Numbered from the stretch's first letter, positions 13,339-27,292 are shown. The stretch: DNA of 64,000 nucleotides from Takakia lepidozioides (GCA_030704615.1 CM060731.1:14942001-15006000), one strand, 5' to 3'. The notes: generated from the sequence alone by a model not told the origin. A program made the numbers and translations.

Positions 13339-16300
13339 AAACCTCACAATGAATGCCGAGAAAGAAAAACAAACCCAAACCCAGTATATACCACCAGCCA
13401 CTAATACACCAAAAGTGATTGTGGTTTGTTGTGATGCACTGCCAGTGTCCAAGCATTTGCACAGTCACCCATTTTTGCAACCGCCTCGAATCGTGCAACA
13501 CTGAAGTCAAAGGTGCTGCATGCTACAGCCATTCTCTGCAACTGAGCTTCTTTCCAAGCTGGTGCAAGAGAGTCACAACTTGATGTCTTTCTTCCTTCCA
13601 TACAGGGGCAGTGAGGAAGCCCCAAAGAACTCCACGATGCCTCGTTATCTACTCGCGCAGATCATGTACAGGTTACTTTTAAGAGAATGGTGGCAGCTCG
13701 TCGGACGCGTCAAGAAATTCGGAGGGGTAGCTCAACTGTCAGTACTCACTCTACCCCATTTGTGAAGGAGGAAACCTTTGGGATGGTCGTCAATGAGAAA
13801 TCCACACCAGCGGTTGCAGTGAGACAAGGAGAGTAAAATATGCATCATCAAGTTAGTAGTGGGTTGGACTTTCATCTCACGGAGTTGAGTAGCTTTGTGA
13901 TTTGAGAGGGGGAAGCACCTCCTTAAGCCATGTGACTCCACGACAGCAGTGGGAGTCACATTGTATGTCGGTCATTTTATGCACCGGGTCGAAGAGTGGA
14001 TGAACCCTTCTCCATAACCCAAAGGAAGATGGTGGGCCGTGCTTGTAGTAAAGAATTTATTTAGTATAGAGTGGGGTCGGAAATGGTGGGGTAGTAGCGG
14101 GTCAATATGCAAACTTCTTGTCTGCACCTTACCCACTTGAGTCTTCTTGTCATCGAGAGTCATGATATGAAGAGTTCCTGTGGAAATTGTAGTGCAAGCA
14201 AGTTCAGGTATCTATGGCTGCTTTGATTGCGATGCTTTCTTTTGGGTTTCAATCTTGATGGTTTTTTCCTTCTATTGCTGCCCATGACACTTAGTAGGAA
14301 CGCAGTAGTTGCTAGCCTTACTTCTCTGGCGATGCCCACCGCATGAATTTACATGTACCTAATGTTTCTGTCATTTACTTCACCAACCATGCACGACCTA
14401 AATGTCTCAGCAGATTGGTCCACAGGATTGTGAGCAGAGCATCTTTGTCTTGAGCGCCGGTTCAGGACCGATGTAAATGTCTCTCTTGTGAATGGATATC
14501 CACACGTTGAAAGGAGATTGTTCTTGCTTTCACTGGCTCCCTTTTGAATAGTTTTTGTTTTCAGACTCATCCCTCAGTTGCCTCTTCCTAGGTCCTCAAG
14601 TTAGCACAACTGACTTCAGAGGCTAGCTTGGACTCCATAGACTGTGTCCTTAGGAGGTCCTTAGTGACAGCAAAAGAGGAAGAAATGTTAAATTTTACAA
14701 GGATTATAATAGCCTGCATAGTCTTGACCCTTGTCCTGTTCTGTTTTGGGTCCTTCGTGGGTGGTACAACGTTGTTCTGTGGAGTCTACTCATTGAACAT
14801 TTGTGTAGATCTCCTTTTCTTTGTGAAGCCAGTCGAATCTGTGTTTGCAAGAATGGGAGAGTCAATGAACCAAAAATAGGACTTGGGCCACGGAAACAGA
14901 AAGTTTTGTTACTGGAAATGCTGACCAGTCCTTGTAATTCTCAACTCCCTCTGAGGATTCCCTGGACACCGATATGTGCAATTCAACTTACTTCAAACTT
15001 GTAAGGCGAAATTCACCTTCCTAATCTCAGGCACCTGGCCAAGATTCATCGTGCTTGTCTTTCTGTTGAATTATAAAATTCAAAGGAAGCCTAGGATCAA
15101 TGTTGAGAGGATCGTCGGTGCGACATCGGATAGATGTGCGTGCAGAGTTTACCTATGTATCGAAGTCCAAGTAATCGCATAATAAAAAAATGCTCCATTT
15201 TTTTTTTCCTGTTACATGTGAGGTTCTGAATTTCTTGCAAAAGAAAGGAGCTTAGTGACAGTTCTCTGTTGTTTGATGGTTTTGATGTTCAAGTGGCCAG
15301 GTGCATGTGGCTCAGGGTCTTGTGTTATTAGGCTTTGTGCTGTGGGAGTGGGTCGAAATGGGTTCAGTCAAACCCACACTCTACTGGAGAGCCTTGCAGT
15401 ACTTCTGGCCTGTAGGCCCATTGATATGCTCGGGCAGGGTCTTTGCACATATTTCTCTAGAAATGAGTAAGAGGTATAACAGGAAAGACAAGTCCGACTA
15501 AACCCAGGTAGGACAAATTTGCACCTGCGGAAACCAAAGTTGTTGGCTCAGGATTAAACAAGGTCTTATAAAAAACCCCAATGGAAGGCAGTCCAATGCT
15601 CAGGAAGCTCAAATTGGTTGGGCGTCTCGAATTTTTTTTATTCGAAGGTACCCCCAAATTTTTTGGCAGATACTCCCTTTAAATTCAGAACATGTAGCGT
15701 TAAGTCCAATCCTTTTGTTGGGCAGCCAAGAAATTCTCTAGCATTTTCGGAATGCTCGGCATTTGGAACATTGAAGCTCCCCTCACATGGGAGAGACAGA
15801 GAGCAGCTGCAACAACAAGAACAATGCATAATGTTGGAATTCAACAGAAAAGATCAAAGATGAAATGATTTACTGAGAACTCCACCCAAAAAGGATTTTC
15901 TTTTTTGTTGTTGGACAAAGGGATTTTTTTATTTTTTTGGGTTGACGGCCAAAGAAAAGGATATATTTTTTTCTTTTGGTTTTGCAAATAAATTTAAATA
16001 TATAACTTTTTTTCCCCTTTTTGGTGGTTTTGAGAAGGGCATACGCACACACACCCAAAAAGAAAACAAAAAAAAACCCCATTTTTTAAATCTTTTTTGT
16101 GGTTTTAACGAGGGCTGGAAAACATGTGCGCGTCAATGCACACTTGTTTTATAGCACACTCATGTATTCCATTCCTCTTCCTCCCCCTCTTAAAGGGCAA
16201 TGCCTTCATGGCCATATTCACCTTTCGGCATACGGTTTGTTTTGTTTCTACAAAATTCCGTTATGATTAACAAAAAAACATGCACTTCGCACTTATCAAA

Positions 16301-16911
16301 ATCATTGATTTCCGACATTATAAATCCGCAGTAATAGGCCCCTCCTGTCCACGGTGGATATAGGCTTTGCTTATCGGATCTGCTCTCGTTTAGGATTCGC
16401 TCACACAGAATCGGGTTTTGTTCACGCAATACGTAGTGTATTGGGGTGAAAGCAAGCTACGGTGACTCAAAAAAGTCCACTGTGTGGCATATGTGAGAAG
16501 TCCCAAGGTTTTTGAGAATTTTGATTTGATGATTATGGAAAAATTATAGTCGCTAGATTCATCCATGCGGAAAGATATGAACCATCTAAAGTTGACAGTA
16601 ATAGACACTATGACATTATTTCTATTTTTCCTAATACAAGACATTATTTCTATTATTTTATATTTTCGTTATATCGCAGCGGGAGTGAGGCTACTCTTCA
16701 TCTACATGAAATGTACTTTTAGTGAAACAAGTCCATTGTTTTACTTTGTTTCCATGCATTCATGTACTTGGCAAAATCAGTTTTTCGAGGCTCACAATAA
16801 TATATAGAAGTAAAAAATTTCACATTTTTTATGTTTTCTGTAGGAATTTAGTACCTTTAAGAGTAGAGCAATATTAATATGAGTCTTTTTTTATCATATT
16901 TGTTTTCTATA

Positions 16912-17209
16912 CCGTACTTGCCTATGCTATTCGTCAGGACCTTGCCGGAGTAATTAATTTTTCTTAAAGAAGGGATCCGGCAGCATTTTTTTTAATTTCT
17001 GCAGTTCCGGCAGTTTCACGATAAATAATAGAAAAGCACTCTTGTTGTGTGTATGTGTGGCTAGTGCAATGGTATTGCAAGTAAACATGGTGAGGTAGGT
17101 TTGGGGTTCGAATTTCTCTGACATTCGTTCCTGGGAAGGTTTTATTTTAAATTTTTCCGGCAGTCTGTTTTTGCATTAAATTATCATCGGACAACATAGG
17201 CAGGTACGG
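16912..17209. mobile_element. Tc1/mariner-pogo-type MITE
   Basis: TIRs CCGTACTTGCCTATG / CATAGGCAGGTACGG, flanked by TA on both sides (16910-16911, 17210-17211). Confidence 0.75.
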
Positions 17210-19293
17210 TAGTGAGTGCAAAAAGTCAACAAGTCCTTTTATGGACTGTGACACTGTCGTTTGTATTTTTCTACCGTCCATTACTTCGACAAATCAACTT
17301 CATTTCTTGGTGAGAATTTAAATATTAGAGCTTGTAGTAGTCGGAAACATAAGAGTGAGTCCCATTTCATCAGTAATAAAATTTTGTCTCTTAGGTACAA
17401 TTGAATCAAACTATGTCGTGTAAAACACGTGCTGTGACACAAAAATTGAGCCACCATAGTCTGCTTTCACCCATTGCTCTCTCAGGAGGGCAAAAAAAAC
17501 CTCCATACATGTCTGCACACAGAAAACCAATTGTTTTAATTGTCCTTGGCCCAATGCAAACAACCTCCATAGGGAAAAGTCCAAACCAAAAGAGAATTGT
17601 ACATACCTCAAGGTCATTGAAAAACTGTGACCATGCCTCAGTAAGGGTCTGTCGCAGTGGACCCCCCAAATCAGCAGTATGATTCTTCACGAGTATGAAT
17701 TCTTCGCCTCCAAGTAGATATTCAATTTCAGATGAGGGAACATAGTTTGAGAAGATTTCACTCTCAAGAATTGTCGTTGCAAATCTCGTAACTCGATGCC
17801 TTTTGACACCTGCAATGAGAATAGATCTTCGTATGTTAAAAAAACAATACAAGTTCTATAACTCCATCCTCCGGTCCCTTCGAGAAAAATTTCTTTCCAA
17901 AAAATACTTCGGTGGATCTGATAATTAGGTTCATGTTTGCTCCTCAAAAGACGAATATAAGCTTGAATGTTGTAAGTAGCTTTTCACTTTCTAGTTTTAA
18001 TTTGTAGAAAATGAATCTCGAATTTCGTCGTATCTTCAAGATTGTTGGTGGTTAAAAATTGATGGCACGCCGAGAGTGCTTTACAACATTGATATGGAAA
18101 TTGCAGATTTGAAGATTATACCAAGCTTCATTTTGTCGCTGGTACTTTGTGACAACTTTAAATTCCTCAGCATCGTCACTGACTTGCAAGTCGTTGGGAT
18201 CTCTGTCACTCATGTAACCTACTTATCATTCCGGCTATAATTTCCTCTCGAAACATATCATAAATATGTGTTGGTGCAAGCAATCCCATTAGTTCTATAG
18301 GCACAAATTGATGAAGAATCGGGAGAGGAACAAAGAGCTTCAAAGCTAACATTGGATGTAATAAAAATCCCAAACCTGCTGAATCACATTATGTTACGTT
18401 ATTCTGACAATTAATTTTTGTTAAGCGAGAACTCATGTTTACGACAAGTAAACAATCATCAAGACCTGGCAATGGGATCTCAAGGAGAAGCTAATCGAGA
18501 TGGGGACATGTCACAAAGCTCGTCTTTGGAGAGTTTTTGATGAAGTTGCTACACGCATTTATGAATTTGCGAACGAGGATATCATGGAGTCTTTTTAAAC
18601 ATTATGTGCAAAATCGAAGGTTGGGGGATGTTTCTATGTTGCCATTGATTTTATTACATCCAATCATGAATTCACATAGACGGAGTTGCTATAGGCATTC
18701 TCCAATCATGAAGTCCACCCATGTAAAGTCAATGTTATACGATTATATAAATCCACATATAATGTAGGAGGATGAACTTTCACACAGATGAAAACATGTC
18801 TTATAGTGTTATTTTGAGACGTCAATTTTGTAGATTTCGTGATCTTTGCATAATTCGATTTTCAACTTGAAAGAGATTTCAAACTACTATTTTGAGTTTG
18901 TGACCGTTTTGGTGCCCCTACTCAAACCATCTTTATGCAAAGCTCTCAACATTTCATTCTTTTTGTTTGTGTTTGCAATACCTTCGTTTGCCCTGCAAAG
19001 CTACTCTCATTATTATTTTTTGTGCTTCAAGTACATTATTTTTCCTACTTTGCTTTGACACTCTCAATCTCTTTGTATCATATTTCAAGCTCTATTTGTG
19101 CATCTCTATGTACTTCAAGTTCAGCTTAGTACAGTGTCTTTTCTCACTAATACTATTTTGTTTAGTTCAAGGTACAAATTGTCACATCTAACTACTACAA
19201 ATGAAGTTGCAGTTCATCTTCTACAATCCTGCAAGTACAAGGAGACAACCTAGTAGACGTATTAGTCAAGAGACAATTTGCACAATATGACTA

Positions 19294-19817
19294 TGTCGTG
19301 CGCATACATATCGCTACACAACTACATCGCTGTCCAAACCACACCACACATATATGCACAATAAAGTAGTCTAGCACAATGATAACCAAACTAGATAACA
19401 CACACTCTCACACAAAACATGCAATCCCTCAACATCACTCTTTAGATAATAGTCGAGCCAGGGGCACCCCAAGCTATGGGGACTCCACCCCACAACAACC
19501 TACACTCCCATCATAAGCACACTCAGATCTGAAGAATGCAGGAGCTCGGTCGCGCAGGCTCAACTCGAGAGAGATGAGCTGCGCGACTGCCGCTCTCGTG
19601 AAGATAAGACGGACCAGGTGTCAAACTAAACTTGACACCTGATTTAACACTTGACCTAAATCCAAGTGTTAAATACAAATAACTAGTTTTATGCTAGCTG
19701 TTTTCACACTGTGCTTATTTAACTTGACAGCTGTCGTGCGCATACATATCGCTACACAACTACATCGCTGTCCAAACCACACCACATATATGCACAATAA
19801 AGTAGTCTAGCCACAAT
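19294..19817 (-). repeat. G1 3' terminal repeat block B-GC-A-B
   Basis: TGTCGTGCGCATAC...CACAAT occurs at 19294 and 19732. GATAACCAAAC...TTGACA (19381-19729) recurs at 29050-29404. Confidence 0.95.
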
Positions 19818-20072
19818 CGCCCCCCTAGCTGGTGGATAGGTCCCTCTACCTCCAGATAGCTACTACAAGATGTAATAGCCACAGCCGTACTAAGTCCTCT
19901 ATCACTGTCTTATCGTGCTCAAACTACCAACCAAGAGGCCGGGTACAAGAGTAGCCCCATCGTTAGTCGCCGTCTTGCAATCTGTGAACTTGAGCCAGAT
20001 CTCGTGTGTTCAAGGTCTCCTAGTAGCTGGGCCTTGCGTTTCTTGTTAGCCTCCATGGTTGTATCCACTCCA

Positions 20073-23000
20073 CTATCCAATGCAATGTGGACATAACCAA
20101 TCCCCATCCGGAACCATCTCAAGAGGTGGAGTCAAGCATCCCATATGCCAACCTCTAGAGCACCGATCACACACCAGCATGGTGGCTGCCCTTTAGCAGA
20201 CCCACACAACATGCACCTCAAACCTGCAGATACCACTGCCAGGTTTGGGTCAATCCTGCCATCGACATTCGGAAGGTGACATGGCGCACAATTACGCACA
20301 TGGTCCTTCCAAGTTATGCCATCCCGACCCTCCAAGACCAAGACGCCTGAGGGCAAGACCCTCTCGAACCCTCAAAAATAACACGTCCTGCAGTCACATC
20401 CAGGGTCGTAGGAGCAGTCTGCTGCAGATAGACATAGTCACCAGGGTTGAATCTCCGAACCCCAGGACGATAGCCCCCACCACGTATGGTAGCATACCTC
20501 AACGTATCACGGTGTTGTGCAATGGCAAGGTTCTCGAAAGCCATGGGCATGACTCTCTTGAACAACTCTGCACGCTGCTCACATGCACGTGCCCACGTCC
20601 GGATCGTCAAGGTTAAGAACTGTAGCAGCTTCTCTGCGAATGGATGTAGGCAAATCCGGCTCTCGGCCAAAGAGAAGAAAGTATGGTGAGAAGGAGGCAA
20701 GTGATGCTTGCTTGCTGAACCTGTAGCCCATGGCTCCAGGTAACTGAAGGTCCCAATCTCCTAGGTGTCCCTTCTGCAAGCCATACTTGCGCAAACCCCT
20801 CTTTACTGTCTGAACAACTCTCTCTGCCAAGCCATCGGCCTCAGGATGATCCGAGAAGTGGTGCGGTGGTCTATCAAGGCCTTGTCACACAAAGCCTGAA
20901 ACTCCCCCAAGAACTCTCTCCCTTGGTCCGTGAGTACCTCAGCTGGAGCACCGAATCGCTAAGCACACAATCCAAGAATGCATACGCAGCTCCCTCACTA
21001 GCCTTATCAGGCAATGGAACCAATTCAATCCACTTGGAGAAGTGCTCCACCATCACCAACACGTACTTGTTGTGGCGCATGGTCAGTGGCAACGGCCCTG
21101 CGAAGTCAAGACTCACCTGTAGCCCAATCCCATGATCGGAAGAGGGTGCAATTGTGGAGTAGGGGCGTTGAATGAAGCACGCACCCTGTCACACACCATG
21201 CACCTAGCCACAAATTGTTGCACCTCTGTGTGCATACCACGCCACCAATACTGCCCTGCACTGAGTGCGTCGCACCCCAAAATGCCCCAACTCCTCATGG
21301 GCATGCCGCACTAACCGTGCCCGCTGTGTTGGGTGAGGCACAATCCTCACTCGACCATCCTCCCACACTCGGAGCAGGTGTGTCCCCTCCCACCTGAACC
21401 TCTTGGCTCGTTGTAGGATCCGATCCCTCTCCTTGGCAGTCATAGTGGCTGCCGTGTCTCCACTGCGGAGGTAGTCCAACACAACTGAATCCTCATGTAT
21501 ATCTTTGGCGCCACCCTGCTCATTGCTGGCCTCAGGGTCCTCAGACACTTGATCTACAGTCATCCCTGTTGTAGGTCCAACCTGGCCTTCCGCTGCCAAG
21601 ATACACAGAAATGCAGATGCATGCCATCCGGGCACCATCTCCTCGTCCGTCTCACCATGCCACCGAGCTCCAGTGTCATCCTGCTGGCTCGTGCATGGAT
21701 TGCGACTCAACCCATCTGCATTTCGATTGACCAAACCCGGTCGATGCACCACCTGAAAGTCATACTCTTGAAGGATGAGTGCCCACCGTGCAAGCTTCCC
21801 CGTAAGCTTGTCTGACTCCATCAACCACTTGAGTGGTTGGTGATCCGTGACAAGGGTGAAGAGATTGCCGTATAAATAGCACCTGAAGTGTGCCACGGCC
21901 CACACTGCAGCTAAGCATTCTCCCTCATATGAGCTATACTTAGACTCTGCAGCATTGTTCGAGCGGCTAGCATAAGCCACTACGAACTCTCTTCCCTCAT
22001 CATCCACCTGTGTGAGCACCGCTCCAAGCCCCAGCATGCTCCAATCTGTATGCAGCTGAAAAGGACGCCCCCTGATAGTCGTCTCAAGATGGGCGCCGAG
22101 GTCAACCTCGCCTTGAGCTCTTGAAAAGCTTGTTCTTGCTCATCTTCCCACTGCCACTCCTGGTCCACCTTGGTCAGCTTGGTTTAGAGCCTTTGCAATG
22201 GCACTAAATCCCTTAACAAACCGTCTGTAATAGTTTGCTAACCCCATGAAAGCTCGAACTCGGCTCACATCCGTGGGGCGTGGAACCTGTGCAATGGACT
22301 CTACCTTAGTCTGCTGTACCCCCAATCCTCCAGGATATATCATGTGACCCAGATACTCAATCTGGTTGTGGAAAAACTTGCACTTGCCCGGATGTAACTT
22401 CAATCCGTGCGTCCTCAAGCGCTCAAATACCCCCTGAAGGTGTCTCTCATGCTCCTCCACCGTAGCACTAAAGATGATGATGTCATCTATGTAGCACCGA
22501 GCAAACTCCACCCCTGCTAGAATCCTGTCCATGACTCTTTGAAACTCAGCGGGAGCGTTTTTAAGCCCAAATGGTAAGAACCGCCACTGGTATAGGCAAT
22601 CCTTCCCGTGCTCATTGATCCCCCAGAATGCCGTCTTTTGCTTATCCGCCTCCTTGATCGGCAACTGGTGATATCCGGATCGTAAATCCAACGTGCTAAA
22701 GACCTTGGAATGCCCAATGGCATCAAAGATCTCCTCTGGTGTTGGCATGGCATACCTATCGGACTTGGTCTGACGATTTACAGGCCGGTAATCACCGCAC
22801 ATACGTCTCTCCGTCCAATTGCCATAGACATCCTTCTTAGCTGGCATCACTGTGGCTGAAGCATACTCTCCACCAGAGAGCTCCACCAAACCTGCCTCCC
22901 AGAGATCTTGAGTCCTCATCTGAATCAAAGACCTCTCCATGTCACTGTATCTATAGGGTCCGAAAGATTGGCGTGTCAGTGGCCAACTCAATACGGATCT

Positions 23001-26000
23001 CTTGACCCTTCAGTGCTCCCAAGTCCTTCAAACTGAAGGCAAAGCAATTCCTGTAAGCCCTCAGGAACCGCCGTATACGTCGTCTCTCTCCTCCGGTGAC
23101 AATGGGTCCAATATCAGGCTCCCAATTGTCCTCCGTAACTGCAACCTTAAGTCCAGTGGGCTTAGAGGTAGAGAGGACCGTCCCGTGGTTGCTATGCTGC
23201 AACCTCTTGAGCAGTACCCCCTTCCTGCTCAGTCAATGACAAGGCCTCATCCTGCCCCATCATCTCATCATTGAGAACCTCCTCATCCATCACAGCTGCC
23301 TTCGCTGCCAACTCCCTCTGAACCTCGAGCACCTCCCACATGTGCCATGGATGTCTACACCTCGTGGTCCTCACCGGCTCGCCCCACTCGCTGCCTGTAC
23401 CGTCTCGGTAGGCAGAGAGACCGTCAAGGGAAGTGCACTCCGCACTCTACGTTGCTCAGCCATAGCCAAGCTGACAATCCAGGTCAAGCAATTGAGATCC
23501 ATTGCTTGCCCCAACACCTGACGACGTGATGCCTCAGAAAGAGAAGGCACCGCCGTGGTCCCAGTGGAAAACCCCATAGCCCGCTCTCGCTCGTCGGCAT
23601 TAGGCTCCACTAACTGCTGCAACTGAGCATCCCACAGGAGGCCAGGTCCACCATCCCGAAAAGCATGGGATCCTGGGAAGCTGAGCAGTGTAGGTAATGC
23701 TGCTCGTGGTTGACCCACCCTGTTGACCACTGCCAAAGGCGAACGGTCATCGTGTCTCACACGTTGAGACTGCCTTCCTGTGTCCAAAATGCCATCCACG
23801 GTGAGGTGTGCTGGCCGCTGCACCCCATCAAATGCACGCTTGAGCAGTGCGGGTGGCATCAAGTTAGTCCACCATAGTCGTGGACGATGAGCCCGTGACC
23901 CCACTGCAGCTGCATCCAGCAATACTGCTGACCCAAGCCACGACCGGACTTGATGCACACTGGCCATCACCCTGGCCCGAGAATCACCCATCAGTGGCAC
24001 ATTCTCCAAGATGTATGCCGGAGATACAGCCTGATGAAGCTGCAAGTGGCGCAAAATCCGCACCATCTCCCAAAACAGACCCGTCCTCGAGTCTCGCAAT
24101 CCATTGCCATGCCCGGCTGATGAATGCCCTTGGCAGGGCCAACCTGCCACTACCAGATCAATGGAGCCAACCCGCTCCAAATCCTGCGCCCCCAGCAACG
24201 CAATGTCTGCTGGCAAGGCCTGCTGATATCCACGAACTGCAGACACGGCAACAACTCAGGGTGCTGCTGCACCACTGAGCAACATGGCGCAGTGAGACGC
24301 GTCGTGCAGTCTCATCCCTCTCCACATACAGGTAACGTCGAACTCGTACACCTGCCTGCAGCACTGCAGCCAATCCAGTGCTGATCCCGCCAAATAAGTC
24401 CAGAAGGCATATGCCTTCATCCGGTCGCTGCCACACAAGAGGTGTGGTGTCCAATGGCGACAACTGAGGTGGCCCTGGTGCAATCACCGCACTCTCCTCC
24501 TCTCCTGACGGTACAAAAGCTTCTACCCAAGCTTGTTGCACCCGTCCATCAGCAGCGTGCTGCAAATCCTTGCTCGTACCCCACAACGAGTGTGAGCAAC
24601 CATGGCAGGCAACTCCGCCGTACCATGCATGTCATCCTGCTCTGCTGGAGGTGGCACATCCTCTGCATGGGCATTGCCTTCCAGCAACTCTCCAGGCCAA
24701 CTAACTGCAGCTGTGAAGGCGGCTAGTGTTGGCATCTTGCCCCGCTGGCAGCTGCAATACCCCCAATGAATGTCACAGGGAGCTGTGCACGGCGACCATC
24801 CCCTGACTGCCATCCAGGCCTGTAGGATGCTGACTCCTCCCAAAATCCAGGGTGAAGCCCATGGGGTATAACACTGCCCCCACCAACGAGGACATCGTAA
24901 GAGACCGCGTCTGTCACAATGGCCTTGGCTCGCATCACTGAGCCATCTACAGGATGATCCGGCTGCAGTCTAATAGCCAACTGATGCCGTGTCATGCCGC
25001 GAGCCTGCTCTGATCCTCCCAGAGATGTCTGTATCTGGAAAGGACAAGGCTCCATATCCGCCTCCATGAGGCCCAAACCTGCAATAGCAGCTCTGCCCAA
25101 CATCAGTGGCTGAGCTCCTGAGTCCAACAAGACCCGCAGTGGCCCTACTTCTTTGCCCCGGTCCACTCAAAGTGAAAATGCCTCCCTGGTTGTCTAACAA
25201 GACAACTCCAGGTGTCACCATGGCGCGCTCAATGGCTGGCCTAGCTGGCAGCTCCGTCAAAGCTGCAACTTGCCATGGCGCAGCCGTGGCAGTCTTGACC
25301 CTCAAATCCGAGGATCCCTCTGCCACTACACCTTCCACTAACTCCGCAGAAGATGAAGTGACCTCCCCACTCTCACAGAGTGTTGCTGCTAGTCTGAACA
25401 CTGCAGCTGGTCTCACCCCCGGCGTCGCAATCATGTTGCCGAGAACAGTGGGGCCTGACACACAGAGGTGGCTGCCCCAATAACACACCGGCCGCACTAG
25501 CCTTGGCAGCAGGAGTCAATGCTGCACGTGTAGCTCTCCCCAATGGCATAGTAACCTCCGCCTCGGTAACAGTCAGAACTAGGTGCCATGGATGGCGTCG
25601 ACACAGTCTCCGCCAATGTGAATGACTGAGGAAGCCTTGCCTGACGGCTTGCCTCCCCACGCTGTGGATCCAATTCCACCTCTGCACCTCGTGGCTCAGG
25701 AACTCGTGCTGCTCCTCGAGTCACGGCTGCAGCAGACTCCACCTGCTCTAGTGGTAGTGCTGCTCCGCACATAAATCCCATGCCTCCCATATCTCCTCCC
25801 TCAGGAGCAGGAGGTGGACCATCCCGCCTGGGAGCCTACCGCCTGAGCTATAGCCATGGCAGCGAGCCTCGCTTGAAGCCTTGGCCATGCCTTGGTCAAC
25901 ACCCTGACCTCCGCGTCCTTGGCCATGTGAGCTTGCCCTTGGCCTGCACCTCGTGCCCGACCACCTCGTCCTCTTTGGGCTGGTCCACCTCGCCCCCGGC

Positions 26001-27292
26001 CACCATTGTTCCCTTGGAACTGGCCTGGGCGCAACTCAGGATGCAAGTCATAACACTGGGCATCTCCATGCCCATACTTGCCACAATGCCCACACTGCAA
26101 CTGTGCAGGCTGTGCTTGTGCCGGCCTTCTGCCACTCTCTGGGCAATCTCTCTTGACATGGGGTCCTCCACATGTCCAACATATCACCCCTGGTTGCTGT
26201 TGGCCTGCAAAAGATGCCACGGGCCTCTGCACCTGAGGTCCCCTGTAAGCTCCATGGAACTTGGGCTGGGCAACCTTGCCCCCCTGACCACGCTGTTGGG
26301 CAGTCCCTTGTGCTTGTGGGCTGACAGCTGTGCCCGTACAGGCATGTCCTTGCCAAATCCAATTGTAACAACTCGCTCCTCCACCATGTTGAGCTCAATC
26401 CGCTCAGCCAGCAGAAACACATCTGCTAATGTGGGTTGGGCTGCTTGTAACAGGGTTGCATCTCGCACCCTTCTCTTGAGCTCCTTGTCCAGAATTCCAT
26501 ACCAAAACTGGATTGCCTGAGCTTCAGTAACCCCTTGGGTCACACTTATCAAGCGCCTCATACGAGTGTACGCCTCTCGCAGGCTCTCACTGGGTTTGCG
26601 CTGGAAGTCTTGCAAACTTCGCAGCTTCTCTGTCCGTACACCTTGGTAGTTCCTCCGCAACTCCTGGAAGAACTCCACCACCGGGTTGAATCTAGGCACA
26701 TGTGTTGTAGTCGTGGCAGTAGTACCTTTTGAACTGGTACCACCTTCTACCAGCACTACTTGCTCCACTACTAGTGCTGGCAGTGGGAGCTATTGGTACT
26801 GATGCAGCTACTGGTCGCGTCGTGCCTCGAGTAATGGAGACGTAGTCAGGGTGACCAATACATCCTCCACTCCTCAATCTCTGCTTCATGTCCTCGCCTG
26901 AACTCGTGGTAATCGTCCATAGGCGGGGCTTCCAAATGCTGGAACAGTCCCTTCCACGCCATGAATGGGGTGAATAGCTGTGGATTGCGCATCTGCTGCA
27001 AATCACACCAGCTGTCGAACTCTGGATAAAGTCATCCAACTCGATTGTGCCCACAGCTCCAGAGTACCTACGAGGCCCCTTGGTAGCTCCACATCTCCTC
27101 CATGTCGTCCACAACAATGGCGAATGAAAGTGCACACCTGTTGATGAAGCCTCCGAGTCTGTGTCTGACTCTACAGTAATTGAGGGTGGCGGTGAAGGTG
27201 GTCTGAACGAATACCTCGTCTGTGAACCCACTCTCACTGTACTGCTGTAGCCGTACTCCCCTCAAAACCCTTGGGTAACTCCGTAATGACAC
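20073..27292 (-). pseudogene. G1 gag-pol polyprotein (Gag, 2 zinc knuckles, protease, DNMT, RT, RNase H, integrase, PHD), broken by small indels
   Basis: CWTCGGPHVKRDC and CGHCGKYGHGDAQC; VLLDSGAQ; LDLRSGYHQ, PFGLKNAP, YIDD; YSSYEGECLA, TDHQPL; H-H-C-C integrase zinc finger, SLDFAGP, AERVVQTVK; stop after WLCPHCIG. Start position approximate. Confidence 0.92.
23450..24420 (-). CDS. DNMT3-like C5 cytosine DNA methyltransferase domain inside G1 pol, between protease and RT
   Basis: Motif I LLDLFGGISTG, II YVERD, IV IDLVVAGWPCQGHS (catalytic Cys), VI ILENV, VIII AHRPRLWWTN, IX ERERAMGF..GTT, X RRQVLGQAMD, in canonical order. One frameshift near 24275. Confidence 0.92.

Noticed and set aside
16190-16860. 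TTAAAGG..CCTTTAA ends suggesting a Kolobok-like element
   Set aside because: The inverted match does not extend beyond about 7 bp in AT-rich DNA.
19294-19817. Reading the B-A-B block as a solo LTR or nested insertion beside a normal element
   Set aside because: The same arrangement occurs in three independent insertions with different repeat sequences, there is no internal TSD, and the outer TSD spans the entire structure.
25106-26520. Long + strand ORFs antisense to gag-pol (also 36616-37278 and similar)
   Set aside because: Shadow frames of GC-rich coding sequence with no independent motifs.
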